From Candidatus Baldrarchaeum yapensis (lineage in GTDB: Archaea; Asgardarchaeota; Baldrarchaeia; Baldrarchaeales; Baldrarchaeaceae): a stretch of DNA of 32,000 nt. The number at the start of each line of letters is the position of its first letter. Positions within the stretch are counted from its first letter, which is position 1. The stretch lies in the NCBI GenBank assembly GCA_016840465.1, contig JAEOSH010000001.1, forward strand, positions 88,763 through 120,762. The letters run 5' to 3'. Below the pieces are notes generated by a model. It saw only the letters and a list, made by a program, of their open reading frames with translations. It was not told the DNA's origin and searched no databases. Both the position numbers and the translations under genes were made by a program. Below, piece by piece: positions 1 to 9,100 of this stretch.

Positions 1-77
1 CGGCTTATTAGTATTTCGTTAGGCAGTAATTTGTATGGAAGTATCATGTGTTGGTGGTGTCGTTGTTCTGGCCGTTC

Positions 78-1328
78 TCACGCTAGGAGCGTGTTTTTAT
101 GCCGCCAACCTTTAATTAGTGAGTTTAATTCCTCTAAAAACTTCCTTTTAAATTCAGGTGGTATGACGCCTGATGCCGCAACGGCGTGGCCGTCACCAAA
201 TCCTCCGACTTTTCTGCAAGCTTCTGCTATTAGATAACTAAGTGGTGGTTTTTCTCCTCTTTCTATTCTTTCCTTGAGGTGGGGCGGGACTCTCGCTGAT
301 ACTTTTAGATATTCCCTATTTAAGTTCCCAAATCCTGGAATTTCGGGTTTTAGCAGCATAAACCCAATGATATACTTATCCTTATGTATCCACCGTTTAT
401 AACTCAAATAGGAACAGAAGGTTCCTATTACCTTCGTGCCCATGTTCTTAAAAACGTCATTTGAGTCAAAATATTGAACTTCACCGAAGATTCTTAGCCC
501 TCCCGACTTCAACCTAGTGATAAGAAGTTCATTTGCTTTTTTCCTCTTCAACTCAAGTTCATTCGCCTTTTTCAAGATTTCCTGTGGAAAGTCCTCGATA
601 CATGCTCTTATGCCCAATTCGGGCCCCCCCTGGTAGTATCCGACGGATCCGAGTACTGTCAATTTTTTTGATAACTCCGTGTGAGCATAAGACCTTCCCC
701 TCATTTGTATTAAGTAACGTTCTGTTGTCTTATGTCCTGATACCTTAACACGACCTGTAGATACCGCATCATTAAGCGCCATTCTGTTCAGCCCACGCAT
801 AACTCCAGGTATTTCGGCGCTACCGATTACTGCTAAGTGTGCACTTTCCAACATCTCCTTTACTAGGAATTTAGAAAAGAAATATGTGATCGTGGCCCCC
901 GATACTTCTTTCTCTCCAGATATTCCCATAAGCTCCGGATCAAGGTTAAGAACCAAAGGATCCTCGTAATCCATTGTATCATGATGATCAAGAATTATCA
1001 CTAGATTCTTGCCTTCGTTATATTGTGATATCATACGAACATGAGGCGCGCCGATATCGAGATAAAATATCACTTTTCGCTTGTATTCCGCTTCTAACTT
1101 CCTTACGACCTCAGGGAAGAATTTCTCGAGACATATTTTTCTTTCAACGTGGAATCCCTGCTTCTCTAAACATGATAACAGGATGGCAGCAGATGCGAGA
1201 CCATCAGCATCATCATGAAACACCACTATGCATCCTTCATTACCTCTTTCACGTACCAACTCACACACTTGCGACAATTTCCTAAACAGTTTATCGTATC
1301 TTTCACGTGACACCTTCTGTGCATTCAT
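78..1328 (-). CDS. DHH-family phosphoesterase (RecJ/GAN-like nuclease)
   Basis: Motifs HDDADG, YLDIG, ILDHHD and C-terminal DHHA1-like GDGHAVAASG; directly downstream of polB3. Confidence 0.8.
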   Translation of the reverse strand: MNAQKVSRERYDKLFRKLSQVCELVRERGNEGCIVVFHDDADGLASAAILLSCLEKQGFHVERKICLEKFFPEVVRKLEAEYKRKVIFYLDIGAPHVRMISQYNEGKNLVIILDHHDTMDYEDPLVLNLDPELMGISGEKEVSGATITYFFSKFLVKEMLESAHLAVIGSAEIPGVMRGLNRMALNDAVSTGRVKVSGHKTTERYLIQMRGRSYAHTELSKKLTVLGSVGYYQGGPELGIRACIEDFPQEILKKANELELKRKKANELLITRLKSGGLRIFGEVQYFDSNDVFKNMGTKVIGTFCSYLSYKRWIHKDKYIIGFMLLKPEIPGFGNLNREYLKVSARVPPHLKERIERGEKPPLSYLIAEACRKVGGFGDGHAVAASGVIPPEFKRKFLEELNSLIKGWRHKNTLLA

Positions 1329-1338
1329 AAAATCACGC

Positions 1339-3717
1339 TCACTTCTTCATGAATTCAAACAATGAAACTTGCCTCTTTTTGGTCTTTAAACTCTTTTCGT
1401 CATACCCAAATGCCTTTAAGATCCTGAGAGCCGCTGGTATTATTTGCTTTTCCACGTAATAGTTTATGTCTATATCGTCGTATGTTGCCATGTTGTACGG
1501 CATTACCTTTTCCGCGAGTTTTTCTCCGCCCTTTACAACAACAAAACCTATTTTGCCTCCAACTTCTAAGAACCCCGTTGTTTCAAGTAGTTTCTTGGCG
1601 GCAACAACATGCGCTGCCTCCACTTTATACTCATCCAACTTTTTGCCCAGAGTCTTCCATATTATCAATTTCTCATAAGGTATCTCTCGTCGCTCAAGCT
1701 TACTTATAACATCCCGAACATACTCTGCCGCACGAACGGGTGAGTTCTCTTTCAGTATAATTTCGAGAACTTTCTCTTGCACCTCTCTTGCTATCTCACT
1801 CCAGTCCCCGCGCACAACCTCCAGACCCACCACATCGATCCTTCCATCCTCTAAGAGCCCAGCATAGCGTTTCTTCGCCTCCGTGAAGAAAATTCTTTTA
1901 TAAAGCTTCTCTGGTTTTATATCGAGTCCAAATAGTTGTTCAACTTTCTGCTCGAACAGTTCTGCTTTTTTAGAGTCCATCTTTATGAATACACTATCCG
2001 TATCTCCATAGATGACTTCTAATCCCAAATCCTTCGCTATCTTTATCGTCCGTCGAATTATTTCACGCCCCCAGGCTGTAGTAGCTTCTGCCACTGGCTT
2101 AATATACCATCGTGCACCAACCCATCCTGCATAGCCGTATGTTGCATTCGCTATTACCTTTATAGCAAGTTGTCTGCTGTTGAGAATACGGTACTCCGGG
2201 CTTTCCGGATCCAAACTCTTCATTTCTTCTCTTATTGCCTTTCGTGCTTCTAAAAGCTTCTTTAATGCTTTCTTATATAATCCGGGAGGATGCTTCCTAA
2301 ACCTGTGGCCCACCTCTGGTGCAACGAAGTACTCCTCGCCTTCCTTCACTTCCTCAGGGGGAACATACGTATCGGGGGATACGTTATAGTTTATCATGAT
2401 ATTAGGATATAACGCGCTAAAGTCGTAAACGATCACGTTTTCGTGAATCCCCATCTTCGGCTTTAAAACCAAACCGCCTTTGTATGGGACATGCTTTCTC
2501 TCAACTCTATTGGGAGCGAGTTCACCATCAAGATACGCATGACGCATCAAGTGCCACTCAACTCTAAATCCCACAGAGGCCGAGAGCACTTGGTCGGGTG
2601 GGAGTCCAACGATTGATGACAATTGCATGACAAAAGACAATATCTCTTCCGCTATTCCAAGTGTGCTAACGGCATCAGCCATCGCATATTCCAGAAGCGT
2701 CTTTCGCTTCTCCCGGTCATCCCAGTATTTTGAAATTTCAAGTTTGTTTATTATAACGCGTTCACTTTTCTTCATTACTCCCAAATACTCTGCAACGTTC
2801 TCGAGAGTTTTCACTTTGACCTCATACAACTCCTCAGCATAGTCAAGTAAATCTATATTTGCTCTACCGGTCACAGATATATGCCCATAGGTGGAGGTAT
2901 GCGGCTCGGAGAAATTTCTTCCAACGGAGAGCTTTATTCCTAAAGTCTTGCATCTCTCCATCAAATACGGCCAGTCAAATCTGTTAGAATTGTAACCAAC
3001 TATTATATCCGGGTCAAACTCTTGGACATAAGATATGAACTCTTTAAGCATATCCTTATCGTTATGGTCATCCGCTAAAAATTGCCTTTTATCTCCGGTG
3101 TTTGTGACAACGGAAATTATTATAACAGGGTCTTTCTCGGGATTTGGGGCACCTCTCGGGTTATAACACTCTATATCAAATGCCATTACCTTTAAATCCG
3201 GTATTTTTGTGTCTTCCACAGGTTTCGGTGGTCTCAAGGCTTCATATACTTTGTCAACTTTGATATTTCCCGAGTTTTCTCTCTCAATAGCCTCCACTTC
3301 ATGCCATCCACAAGGGGTCAGCTGGTGATCTATCAAATAGCGCATTGAATATCTTATATCTGCCTCTAAAAAGTCCTCCACTCCAGCAATTTTTAGTACG
3401 TCCTCTCTATACTCAGGTACGCTTCTGGGGTTCCTACATACGACTCTTAGGACAGTAATTTCCCTTCCGAAGTATTTTCTTTTCACAACATCAACTTTTA
3501 GAATAGGACTACCGAGTTTTGACAGGTTTTTGAGTTTCAAAAACACATCTTCTGGATTTGCGTCCTCAGATAATTTGACATAAAAGTAGGGTCTGAACAT
3601 CTCATCCAGTATTAGTACTCTCCTCCCCGACTCGTCTATTCCCCATAACTCAAGTCTAGGAACATTATTTGAAATAAGCGTATATCCGATATCGAGCAGC
3701 CAGAACCTCACTTTCAT
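1339..3717 (-). CDS. polB3: Family B DNA polymerase, PolB3 type
   Basis: Exo motifs AFDIE, GYNSNRFD, YAMAD; pol motifs DFSALYP, KVIANATYGY, YGDTDS; C-terminal PIP box QVSLFEF. ATG 3717 chosen because a GGTGA RBS precedes it (ORF track starts at 3729). Confidence 0.96.
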   Translation of the reverse strand: MKVRFWLLDIGYTLISNNVPRLELWGIDESGRRVLILDEMFRPYFYVKLSEDANPEDVFLKLKNLSKLGSPILKVDVVKRKYFGREITVLRVVCRNPRSVPEYREDVLKIAGVEDFLEADIRYSMRYLIDHQLTPCGWHEVEAIERENSGNIKVDKVYEALRPPKPVEDTKIPDLKVMAFDIECYNPRGAPNPEKDPVIIISVVTNTGDKRQFLADDHNDKDMLKEFISYVQEFDPDIIVGYNSNRFDWPYLMERCKTLGIKLSVGRNFSEPHTSTYGHISVTGRANIDLLDYAEELYEVKVKTLENVAEYLGVMKKSERVIINKLEISKYWDDREKRKTLLEYAMADAVSTLGIAEEILSFVMQLSSIVGLPPDQVLSASVGFRVEWHLMRHAYLDGELAPNRVERKHVPYKGGLVLKPKMGIHENVIVYDFSALYPNIMINYNVSPDTYVPPEEVKEGEEYFVAPEVGHRFRKHPPGLYKKALKKLLEARKAIREEMKSLDPESPEYRILNSRQLAIKVIANATYGYAGWVGARWYIKPVAEATTAWGREIIRRTIKIAKDLGLEVIYGDTDSVFIKMDSKKAELFEQKVEQLFGLDIKPEKLYKRIFFTEAKKRYAGLLEDGRIDVVGLEVVRGDWSEIAREVQEKVLEIILKENSPVRAAEYVRDVISKLERREIPYEKLIIWKTLGKKLDEYKVEAAHVVAAKKLLETTGFLEVGGKIGFVVVKGGEKLAEKVMPYNMATYDDIDINYYVEKQIIPAALRILKAFGYDEKSLKTKKRQVSLFEFMKK

Positions 3718-3725
3718 TTCCGAAA

Positions 3726-4244
3726 TCACCTTTCTTGCAGTGTCATTATTTTCTTTGATTTGTTATACCTTAAAAGTGTCGTTGTGTCTCCTAGATCAAG
3801 TACCATGAGAAATGCGTCCAGCCCATCCCCGTAATAATTCCTTAGTCTCCTTGAGACTCTGAAACCACTACTCTTGTAGAGATAGATAGCAATATCATTA
3901 TCAACTGCAACTTCCAACAATGCTCTCGATAACCTTAACTCAGAAAACTTTTCCAGTATACTTAAGAGCAGTTTCCTTCCAATACCTAGGCCCCTGAAAT
4001 TGGGATGTACAGCTATAGATACGATATGACCAACGGATCCCTTAATGAGTCCGGCAACGTACCCCACAATTTTTCTCTCGATCTCAGCAACTAAAACTAT
4101 AGAATTTTTGCTCGCAATAATCCATCTAAGCGTATCAAGAGAGTAGGGCCTATCAAATGACGACTTTTCTACTAAATATATTTTAAACAGATCATCTAAA
4201 TTCGCATTACGTATCGAGACGTGAATCCTTAATTTATTACTCAT
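3726..4244 (-). CDS. rimI: RimI/Ard1-like GNAT N-acetyltransferase
   Basis: HIVSIAVHPNFRGLGIGRKLL, LEVAVDNDIAIYLY, YYGDGLDA motifs. Confidence 0.88.
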   Translation of the reverse strand: MSNKLRIHVSIRNANLDDLFKIYLVEKSSFDRPYSLDTLRWIIASKNSIVLVAEIERKIVGYVAGLIKGSVGHIVSIAVHPNFRGLGIGRKLLLSILEKFSELRLSRALLEVAVDNDIAIYLYKSSGFRVSRRLRNYYGDGLDAFLMVLDLGDTTTLLRYNKSKKIMTLQER

Positions 4245-5376
4245 TTTCAACATTTTCCTCGTTCTCTCTTCTTATAAGCGGTACAGGATACCTTAATAAT
4301 GCAATAACATCGCCAAAACTCTTTAACTGCCTAGCAACAGGACTTTTCTCCGAGCATATGATAATATTTCCTTTACTAGTTTCTACATTCCTCAAAAGTT
4401 CATCTATTTTTTGCCTGTTTTCCGTTCCGAGCGCTCTTATTAAATTTTCGGAGATTAGGAGTTCTTGAATCGCACCAATTTTTGCACATTCGGAAACTTC
4501 ATCGATTCCATAGGCAATATTTTGCTCATTCTTCGCAATTCTTCTAAGGAACTCTTCCATAATCTTTGATTCCTGAAGTATGTGCATATCTGATAGTATC
4601 TTTGAAATTACCCCTCTCTTTATGGCCTCATAGAGCGCGCTTTCACTGGCACTGCTCGTGGTGTCAGTTATTATTCCCTTCGTTTGAATATTTCCTTTTT
4701 TCTCGATATACTCCTTCAAACGGTCTTTTACAAAGCCCGGACCGACTATTACTAACGGTAGATCCTTATGACCAATCCTTTCCACAACTTCCTTTAGAAC
4801 TTCGGTTATCCTCTCAAAGAACTTTCTCAACTCGTACTCATATCCCTCAACATCATAGCTTTTTCCACTAACATTACTTGACAATGTGTGCGTAACTGTA
4901 ACCCCACGATCACTGATCACTCCTATTGTCGCTTCAGATTCATCTACCGCAACTATTACTACTTGGGGACGCTGTACTGCCCTCACCGCTTCATTTAACC
5001 TTCTCAGCATATACTCGGGCCACTCGTCCTTAACAATTTTTAGAGTCGTTCCCGGTTCGACATTAATCGTGTGATATGCACCCATCGGAACCAAATCTTC
5101 CGGTCCTTCTACTATTTTTCCCTTTATTCTCAATCTCGTAGAGTACTCGTGAAACTTGACATCCTCCACCTTTATACCTAAATATACCACGACTCGTTCG
5201 CCACGTTTTCGCCTGATAGAGTTACGTCGGGAAATGCTTCTTACAGTCTTCGCAAAAACCAGGTCACCCGGCATTATAATGTTAAATAAATGCCAGAGAT
5301 CATCGAATGATTCGGGAACTACTACGATTTCTCCATGTTTCAAGTTTGCTTCCAATATCTTCAAGGGTTCACTCAC
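4237..5376 (-). CDS. pelA: Pelota/Dom34 ribosome rescue factor
   Basis: PESFDDLWHLFNII, RLRIKGKI, YHTINVEPG, GPGFVK, C-terminal ALLRY motifs. Confidence 0.95.
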   Translation of the reverse strand: MSEPLKILEANLKHGEIVVVPESFDDLWHLFNIIMPGDLVFAKTVRSISRRNSIRRKRGERVVVYLGIKVEDVKFHEYSTRLRIKGKIVEGPEDLVPMGAYHTINVEPGTTLKIVKDEWPEYMLRRLNEAVRAVQRPQVVIVAVDESEATIGVISDRGVTVTHTLSSNVSGKSYDVEGYEYELRKFFERITEVLKEVVERIGHKDLPLVIVGPGFVKDRLKEYIEKKGNIQTKGIITDTTSSASESALYEAIKRGVISKILSDMHILQESKIMEEFLRRIAKNEQNIAYGIDEVSECAKIGAIQELLISENLIRALGTENRQKIDELLRNVETSKGNIIICSEKSPVARQLKSFGDVIALLRYPVPLIRRENEENVENE

Positions 5377-6474
5377 CTAGAGAGGATTATAGGATATAAG
5401 TATGCGATCTGCTGTCGGATACTCTTCGACAATTCCTATTTTTATATTAGGTATCAGTCGTTTTATCTCGGTGGCAAGTTCCTCAACAATGCACCACGCG
5501 GTCTCCACACGACCCTTATTGAAATCTATCCCAACAAGTTCCTCGGGAATATCAAATTCCTCAATGAGAATTCGGCGAATTCTTATTAGTTTTGTGCATG
5601 TTGGTCGTTTGGGCTCGATGACCCCCTTTATTAGCAGTCCGTCCTCAGAGATTTCATCGTAAGGCTTTGCCACATTTCTTGCTCTTCTCAGTAATCTGTT
5701 CCTTAGTTGCACTGCATCTTTTAATCTGCTCGGGCAATAATGAACAGATATTGTCGAATTTTCGGCCGCCCATTTTAATATCTCAATGGCACATTCCTCA
5801 CTTCCTTCCACGGCCGCTAATGATCCTTCCTTCAATCGAAAACCTCTTTTTTTCAACTGCTCGGCATTAGTTTCGCTAAATTCAAACTCATTTAAATTTA
5901 AAAATTTAGCCCCAACATTTTCAAGATATTTGGCGAATTCCATCAATTGCTTTTCGTTACCCGGTATTGCCGGCATCTCCCCACCGACAGTAATTTTTGT
6001 CTTTGTAGCCAATGAAATTACGTGCCAATAAGGTTTAGCTGGGTGAAACCTCAGTTCATCAAGCCCCGCTTTTTCCAATTGTCTTAAAAGGCTGAGATTT
6101 ACACGAGTACCACTTGTATAGAGGTGTATATGAAACTCCTTCCCGAAGGTCTTCTTTAAGAGTTTTATGAACCTTAAAGTTCTTCTCGGTCTAACGAGGG
6201 GATCTCCCCCTGTTATTCCAGCACCAAGAGCGTCCATTAGTTTTGCCTCTTTAATAATATCGTCCTCTTTTTTAACTAAGAGTTCATTTGCATACACAAC
6301 ATCTTTCCATCGACGTTCCTCTGAGAGGGGACAATAATAGCATCTCCTATCGCACATTCCAGTTACGAAAAGTACTAACTTTGCGCCTTCCATGCATAAT
6401 TCGCAACCCCTTGCCAACTCTCCGACTAGTAAGGAGTTTGCAGGAGTCTTCACTATTCCTCGCATAATGATCAC
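5377..6474 (-). CDS. Radical SAM protein of unknown function (archaeal, PFL-activase related)
   Basis: CxxxCxxC motif CDRRCYYC, GAGITGGDP, LDELRFHP. Confidence 0.85.
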   Translation of the reverse strand: MIIMRGIVKTPANSLLVGELARGCELCMEGAKLVLFVTGMCDRRCYYCPLSEERRWKDVVYANELLVKKEDDIIKEAKLMDALGAGITGGDPLVRPRRTLRFIKLLKKTFGKEFHIHLYTSGTRVNLSLLRQLEKAGLDELRFHPAKPYWHVISLATKTKITVGGEMPAIPGNEKQLMEFAKYLENVGAKFLNLNEFEFSETNAEQLKKRGFRLKEGSLAAVEGSEECAIEILKWAAENSTISVHYCPSRLKDAVQLRNRLLRRARNVAKPYDEISEDGLLIKGVIEPKRPTCTKLIRIRRILIEEFDIPEELVGIDFNKGRVETAWCIVEELATEIKRLIPNIKIGIVEEYPTADRILISYNPL

Positions 6475-7181
6475 TTTTCAAAAATTCTTCTCCGAATAAT
6501 AGGATCCCTATCCGCCAGTTTCTTCAAATAACTTTCAAAGGTTTCATCTTTTGGTACTTCTCTTTTGAGATAAACACCCGTTCTGCCAATTGCATCTCTT
6601 CGTAGTAAAATCTTCACACGCTCTTCAACAACTTTTACGTCTACACCAAGAATATCTGCAACCTCCGATTCACGCCCCACGACGGGCATTTCTATATGCC
6701 CATACTCTGTCGGTATGATTAACATCAGTCGCTTATCCACACCTGGGACTCTTTTCCCTGCTAAGAGTTCTTCAACATTCAGGCATCCGCTAAATTTGTA
6801 AAACTCCCATTCATTTTCTCTTAATTCTGTCAAGGGGAAAGTCACGGAAGTCTTCTCATCGATGTATATATGAGCCTTTATACTATGCCATGGAGTTGCC
6901 TGCACGATTTCCCTAGAATATATTGGATATTCGGCAGAGGAGAGAACTAGTTCCACTTTGTAGGATGGAACCACAACTGGTATGAATATATCAATATCGC
7001 TATCCTTATTCACATCCCCTCTAGCAACACTGCCATGAACAATACTATCGAAACCATTATCTTTGAGGCACACCATTATTTTTACAGCCTTATCCCTTAA
7101 TTCCCGTAAAAGTTTCCACCTTTCGTCCGTGTATATTACCTCAATGGTATCACCTGATACTACTGGCTTCCTCCTTGTCAT
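6471..7181 (-). CDS. Pol-beta superfamily nucleotidyltransferase (archaeal, uncharacterised)
   Basis: HGSVARGDVNKDSDIDI signature; C-terminal GRTGVYLK typical of the archaeal family. Confidence 0.8.
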   Translation of the reverse strand: MTRRKPVVSGDTIEVIYTDERWKLLRELRDKAVKIMVCLKDNGFDSIVHGSVARGDVNKDSDIDIFIPVVVPSYKVELVLSSAEYPIYSREIVQATPWHSIKAHIYIDEKTSVTFPLTELRENEWEFYKFSGCLNVEELLAGKRVPGVDKRLMLIIPTEYGHIEMPVVGRESEVADILGVDVKVVEERVKILLRRDAIGRTGVYLKREVPKDETFESYLKKLADRDPIIRRRIFEK

Positions 7182-7500
7182 TCACAACTTCACCAATCCA
7201 CTTCAAGTAGTCTTCTAATCCGTCGATTATCGGTAGAATAATTGCTTCAGGAACCTCATAAGGATGTTCCTTCTTTATGACAGAGATTGCAGATTTTGAT
7301 TTCTTTTTTGTTGTTTTTATCATGAGCACGTATTCAACTGCCTCTTCTATCTTTCCTTCCCACCAATAGAGGGATTTAGCATTTTCTAATATGCTAACAC
7401 ATGCAACTAATTTCCTGTCTAGCAACACCTTGGCGATTCTCAATGCTGATTCTCTAGAGGGTGTTGTGGTAATTATTAATACGTATTCTGGCGTTTCCAT
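7150..7500 (-). CDS. cutA: CutA divalent-cation tolerance protein
   Basis: LVACVSI, SLYWWEGKIEE, HPYEVPE, YLKWI; GGTGA RBS before ATG 7500. Confidence 0.93.
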   Translation of the reverse strand: METPEYVLIITTTPSRESALRIAKVLLDRKLVACVSILENAKSLYWWEGKIEEAVEYVLMIKTTKKKSKSAISVIKKEHPYEVPEAIILPIIDGLEDYLKWIGEVVNDKEEASSIR

Positions 7501-7579
7501 AATCATCACCGGAATGCATTTCAGAAAGTTACTTATGAAGGTGGTGATATTTCTTCATGTTTGGCGTCAAGGTGGTTTC

Positions 7580-8746
7580 ATGATTGAGGCTTTCATCTAT
7601 ATACTCATCTTTTGGGCGACAATCGCAATGGTTTCGTCAATGATAGACCTGCGTAAGTATAATATTGAAGTATATCCTTTCGTCCTGAGCTTTAAGACAA
7701 AAAGACTCAATACCTTCATAAACAAGATTTCTACAAAGTATGTTTCCGTATGGAGAAAAATATGGACCGTCGGCGTTGTTATTTCACTATGCTTAATGGT
7801 ATTCGCAGTTTATTTGCTAATCGATAACCTAGTTGCAAGTTTTGAGTCGAGACCTATAACACCCGTTGCACCTTTAATTCCTGGGATTACAATAACGGGT
7901 TACACGCTGATATATGCACTTCTTGGAATCACAATAACAGCAATTTCGCACGAGCTTGCTCATGGAATCGCAGCAGGATCGGAGGGATTGAGAGTAAAAA
8001 GCACAGGATTGATAGTAATTGGGGTGTTATTTGGGGCGTTTGTTGAACTTGATGATAGGGAAGTAAAAAAACTAAGCCCTAAAAGGAGATTATACGTATT
8101 CTCCGCTGGCTCGGCATCAAACGTTGTTATCGCATTTCTCTTTCTTGCTCTAATAGCGACATTTCCCCTAATCATAAGCCCTATTTACAACACCTCCCCT
8201 ACCGGAGTCGTCGTTGTAGAATTGGTGAGCGATGGACCTGCGTATAAGGCTGGCATCACGAAGGGGGATGTTATAACGCACATAAATAATACTCCCATAA
8301 ACGGCGTTAACGATCTTAACAAGATTCTATCCAGAACATCTCCTAATGACACTGTAGTGGTAAGTACGCTGAGAGGGAATTTCACTGTAAGGTTATCTCC
8401 TTGTCCACGGAATTCATCGCGTGGTTATCTTGGAGTTTACGTTTTTGATTATTATAGTTCCAGAGTGCCCCTCCTTGAGAGCATTCTTACTCCTCTGTTT
8501 CCCTACCACATTTATGAAACTTTGCTATGGACGTTCATGATTTCCTTTAGTGTTGCGCTCTTTAATATGTTACCCATACCTCCCTTTGATGGTGATAGAC
8601 TCTTAGCGTCAATTCTTGAAGCGTTTAATATCAGGAAGAACATAAGAAACTACGTAAGGGTGACTGTTGCATGTATTTGTACTATTCTACTGCTATTAAA
8701 CATCATATTTACCTTTATGTCGTTTGGAATTGTGATTTTCTCGTAA
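7580..8746 (+). CDS. Site-2 (M50) intramembrane metalloprotease with PDZ domain
   Basis: HELAHG (HExxH), FNMLPIPPFDGD, PDZ-like GPAYKAGITKGDVI; several hydrophobic segments; GGTGG RBS before ATG 7580. Confidence 0.92.
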   Translation: MIEAFIYILIFWATIAMVSSMIDLRKYNIEVYPFVLSFKTKRLNTFINKISTKYVSVWRKIWTVGVVISLCLMVFAVYLLIDNLVASFESRPITPVAPLIPGITITGYTLIYALLGITITAISHELAHGIAAGSEGLRVKSTGLIVIGVLFGAFVELDDREVKKLSPKRRLYVFSAGSASNVVIAFLFLALIATFPLIISPIYNTSPTGVVVVELVSDGPAYKAGITKGDVITHINNTPINGVNDLNKILSRTSPNDTVVVSTLRGNFTVRLSPCPRNSSRGYLGVYVFDYYSSRVPLLESILTPLFPYHIYETLLWTFMISFSVALFNMLPIPPFDGDRLLASILEAFNIRKNIRNYVRVTVACICTILLLLNIIFTFMSFGIVIFS

Positions 8747-8836
8747 ATATATGCAAGCCTTCCACTTGAGATAATTAGCGATTTTGGTTTTTGTTGCTTG
8801 ACTCTTCACACAAGAAATATGGCATCAGACGTTAAG

Positions 8837-8843
8837 TTTATAT
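8837..8843 (+). promoter_or_regulatory. TATA box for the permuted 5S precursor
   Basis: TTTATAT ends about 25 nt upstream of G8868, the first base of the precursor closing stem. Confidence 0.6.
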
Positions 8844-8867
8844 GGAGGCTCAACTTCCGCAATTACT

Positions 8868-9027
8868 GGTGCAACGCCGCGTGAGAGTTAAGCCTCCGCA
8901 CGTTCCCGGGAGTACTGTCCTCCGCGAGGGGACGGGAAACCGGGAAGCTGCTCACCCACATGGGTGGGCGGCCATAGTGCGGAGGGCAACACCCGTTCCC
9001 ATTCCGACCACGGAACGGCGTTGCACC
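8868..9027 (+). other. BHB processing stem of the 5S precursor (hBHBh')
   Basis: 12-bp perfect stem 8868-8879/9016-9027; bulge GAA 9013-9015; 4-bp helix CGTG 8880-8883/CACG 9009-9012; bulge AGA 8884-8886; inner helix 8887-8889/9006-9008. Confidence 0.92.
8886..9014 (+). rRNA. rrf: 5S rRNA, circularly permuted gene (3' half 8886-8957, ACAT linker, 5' half 8962-9014)
   Basis: 5' half GGGCGGCCATAG..GGGCAACACCCGTTCCCATTCCGACCACGGA; 3' half AGTTAAGCC..GAGTA..GCGA loop..GGAAA. Helices I-V all pair (I 8947-8957/8962-8972; II 8977-8985/8893-8901; V 8903-8909/8940-8946). Confidence 0.95.
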
Positions 9028-9100
9028 GCTCCTTCTAATACTTTATAAGTGGTGTCGGATACAAGTAATAACCATGAGCGATGATAAGATGCCGTAGAGG

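Noticed and set aside
8886-9014. Two 5S pseudogene fragments or an assembly artefact
   Set aside because: All helices pair, and the non-5S flanks form an exact BHB plus 12-bp stem that puts the cuts at the correct nucleotides.
9074-9100. 7-codon uORF ending in an in-frame TAG just before DUF1512 (readthrough or pyrrolysine idea)
   Set aside because: ATG 9101 has its own GAGG RBS; no pyl genes in the window and no support for an extension.
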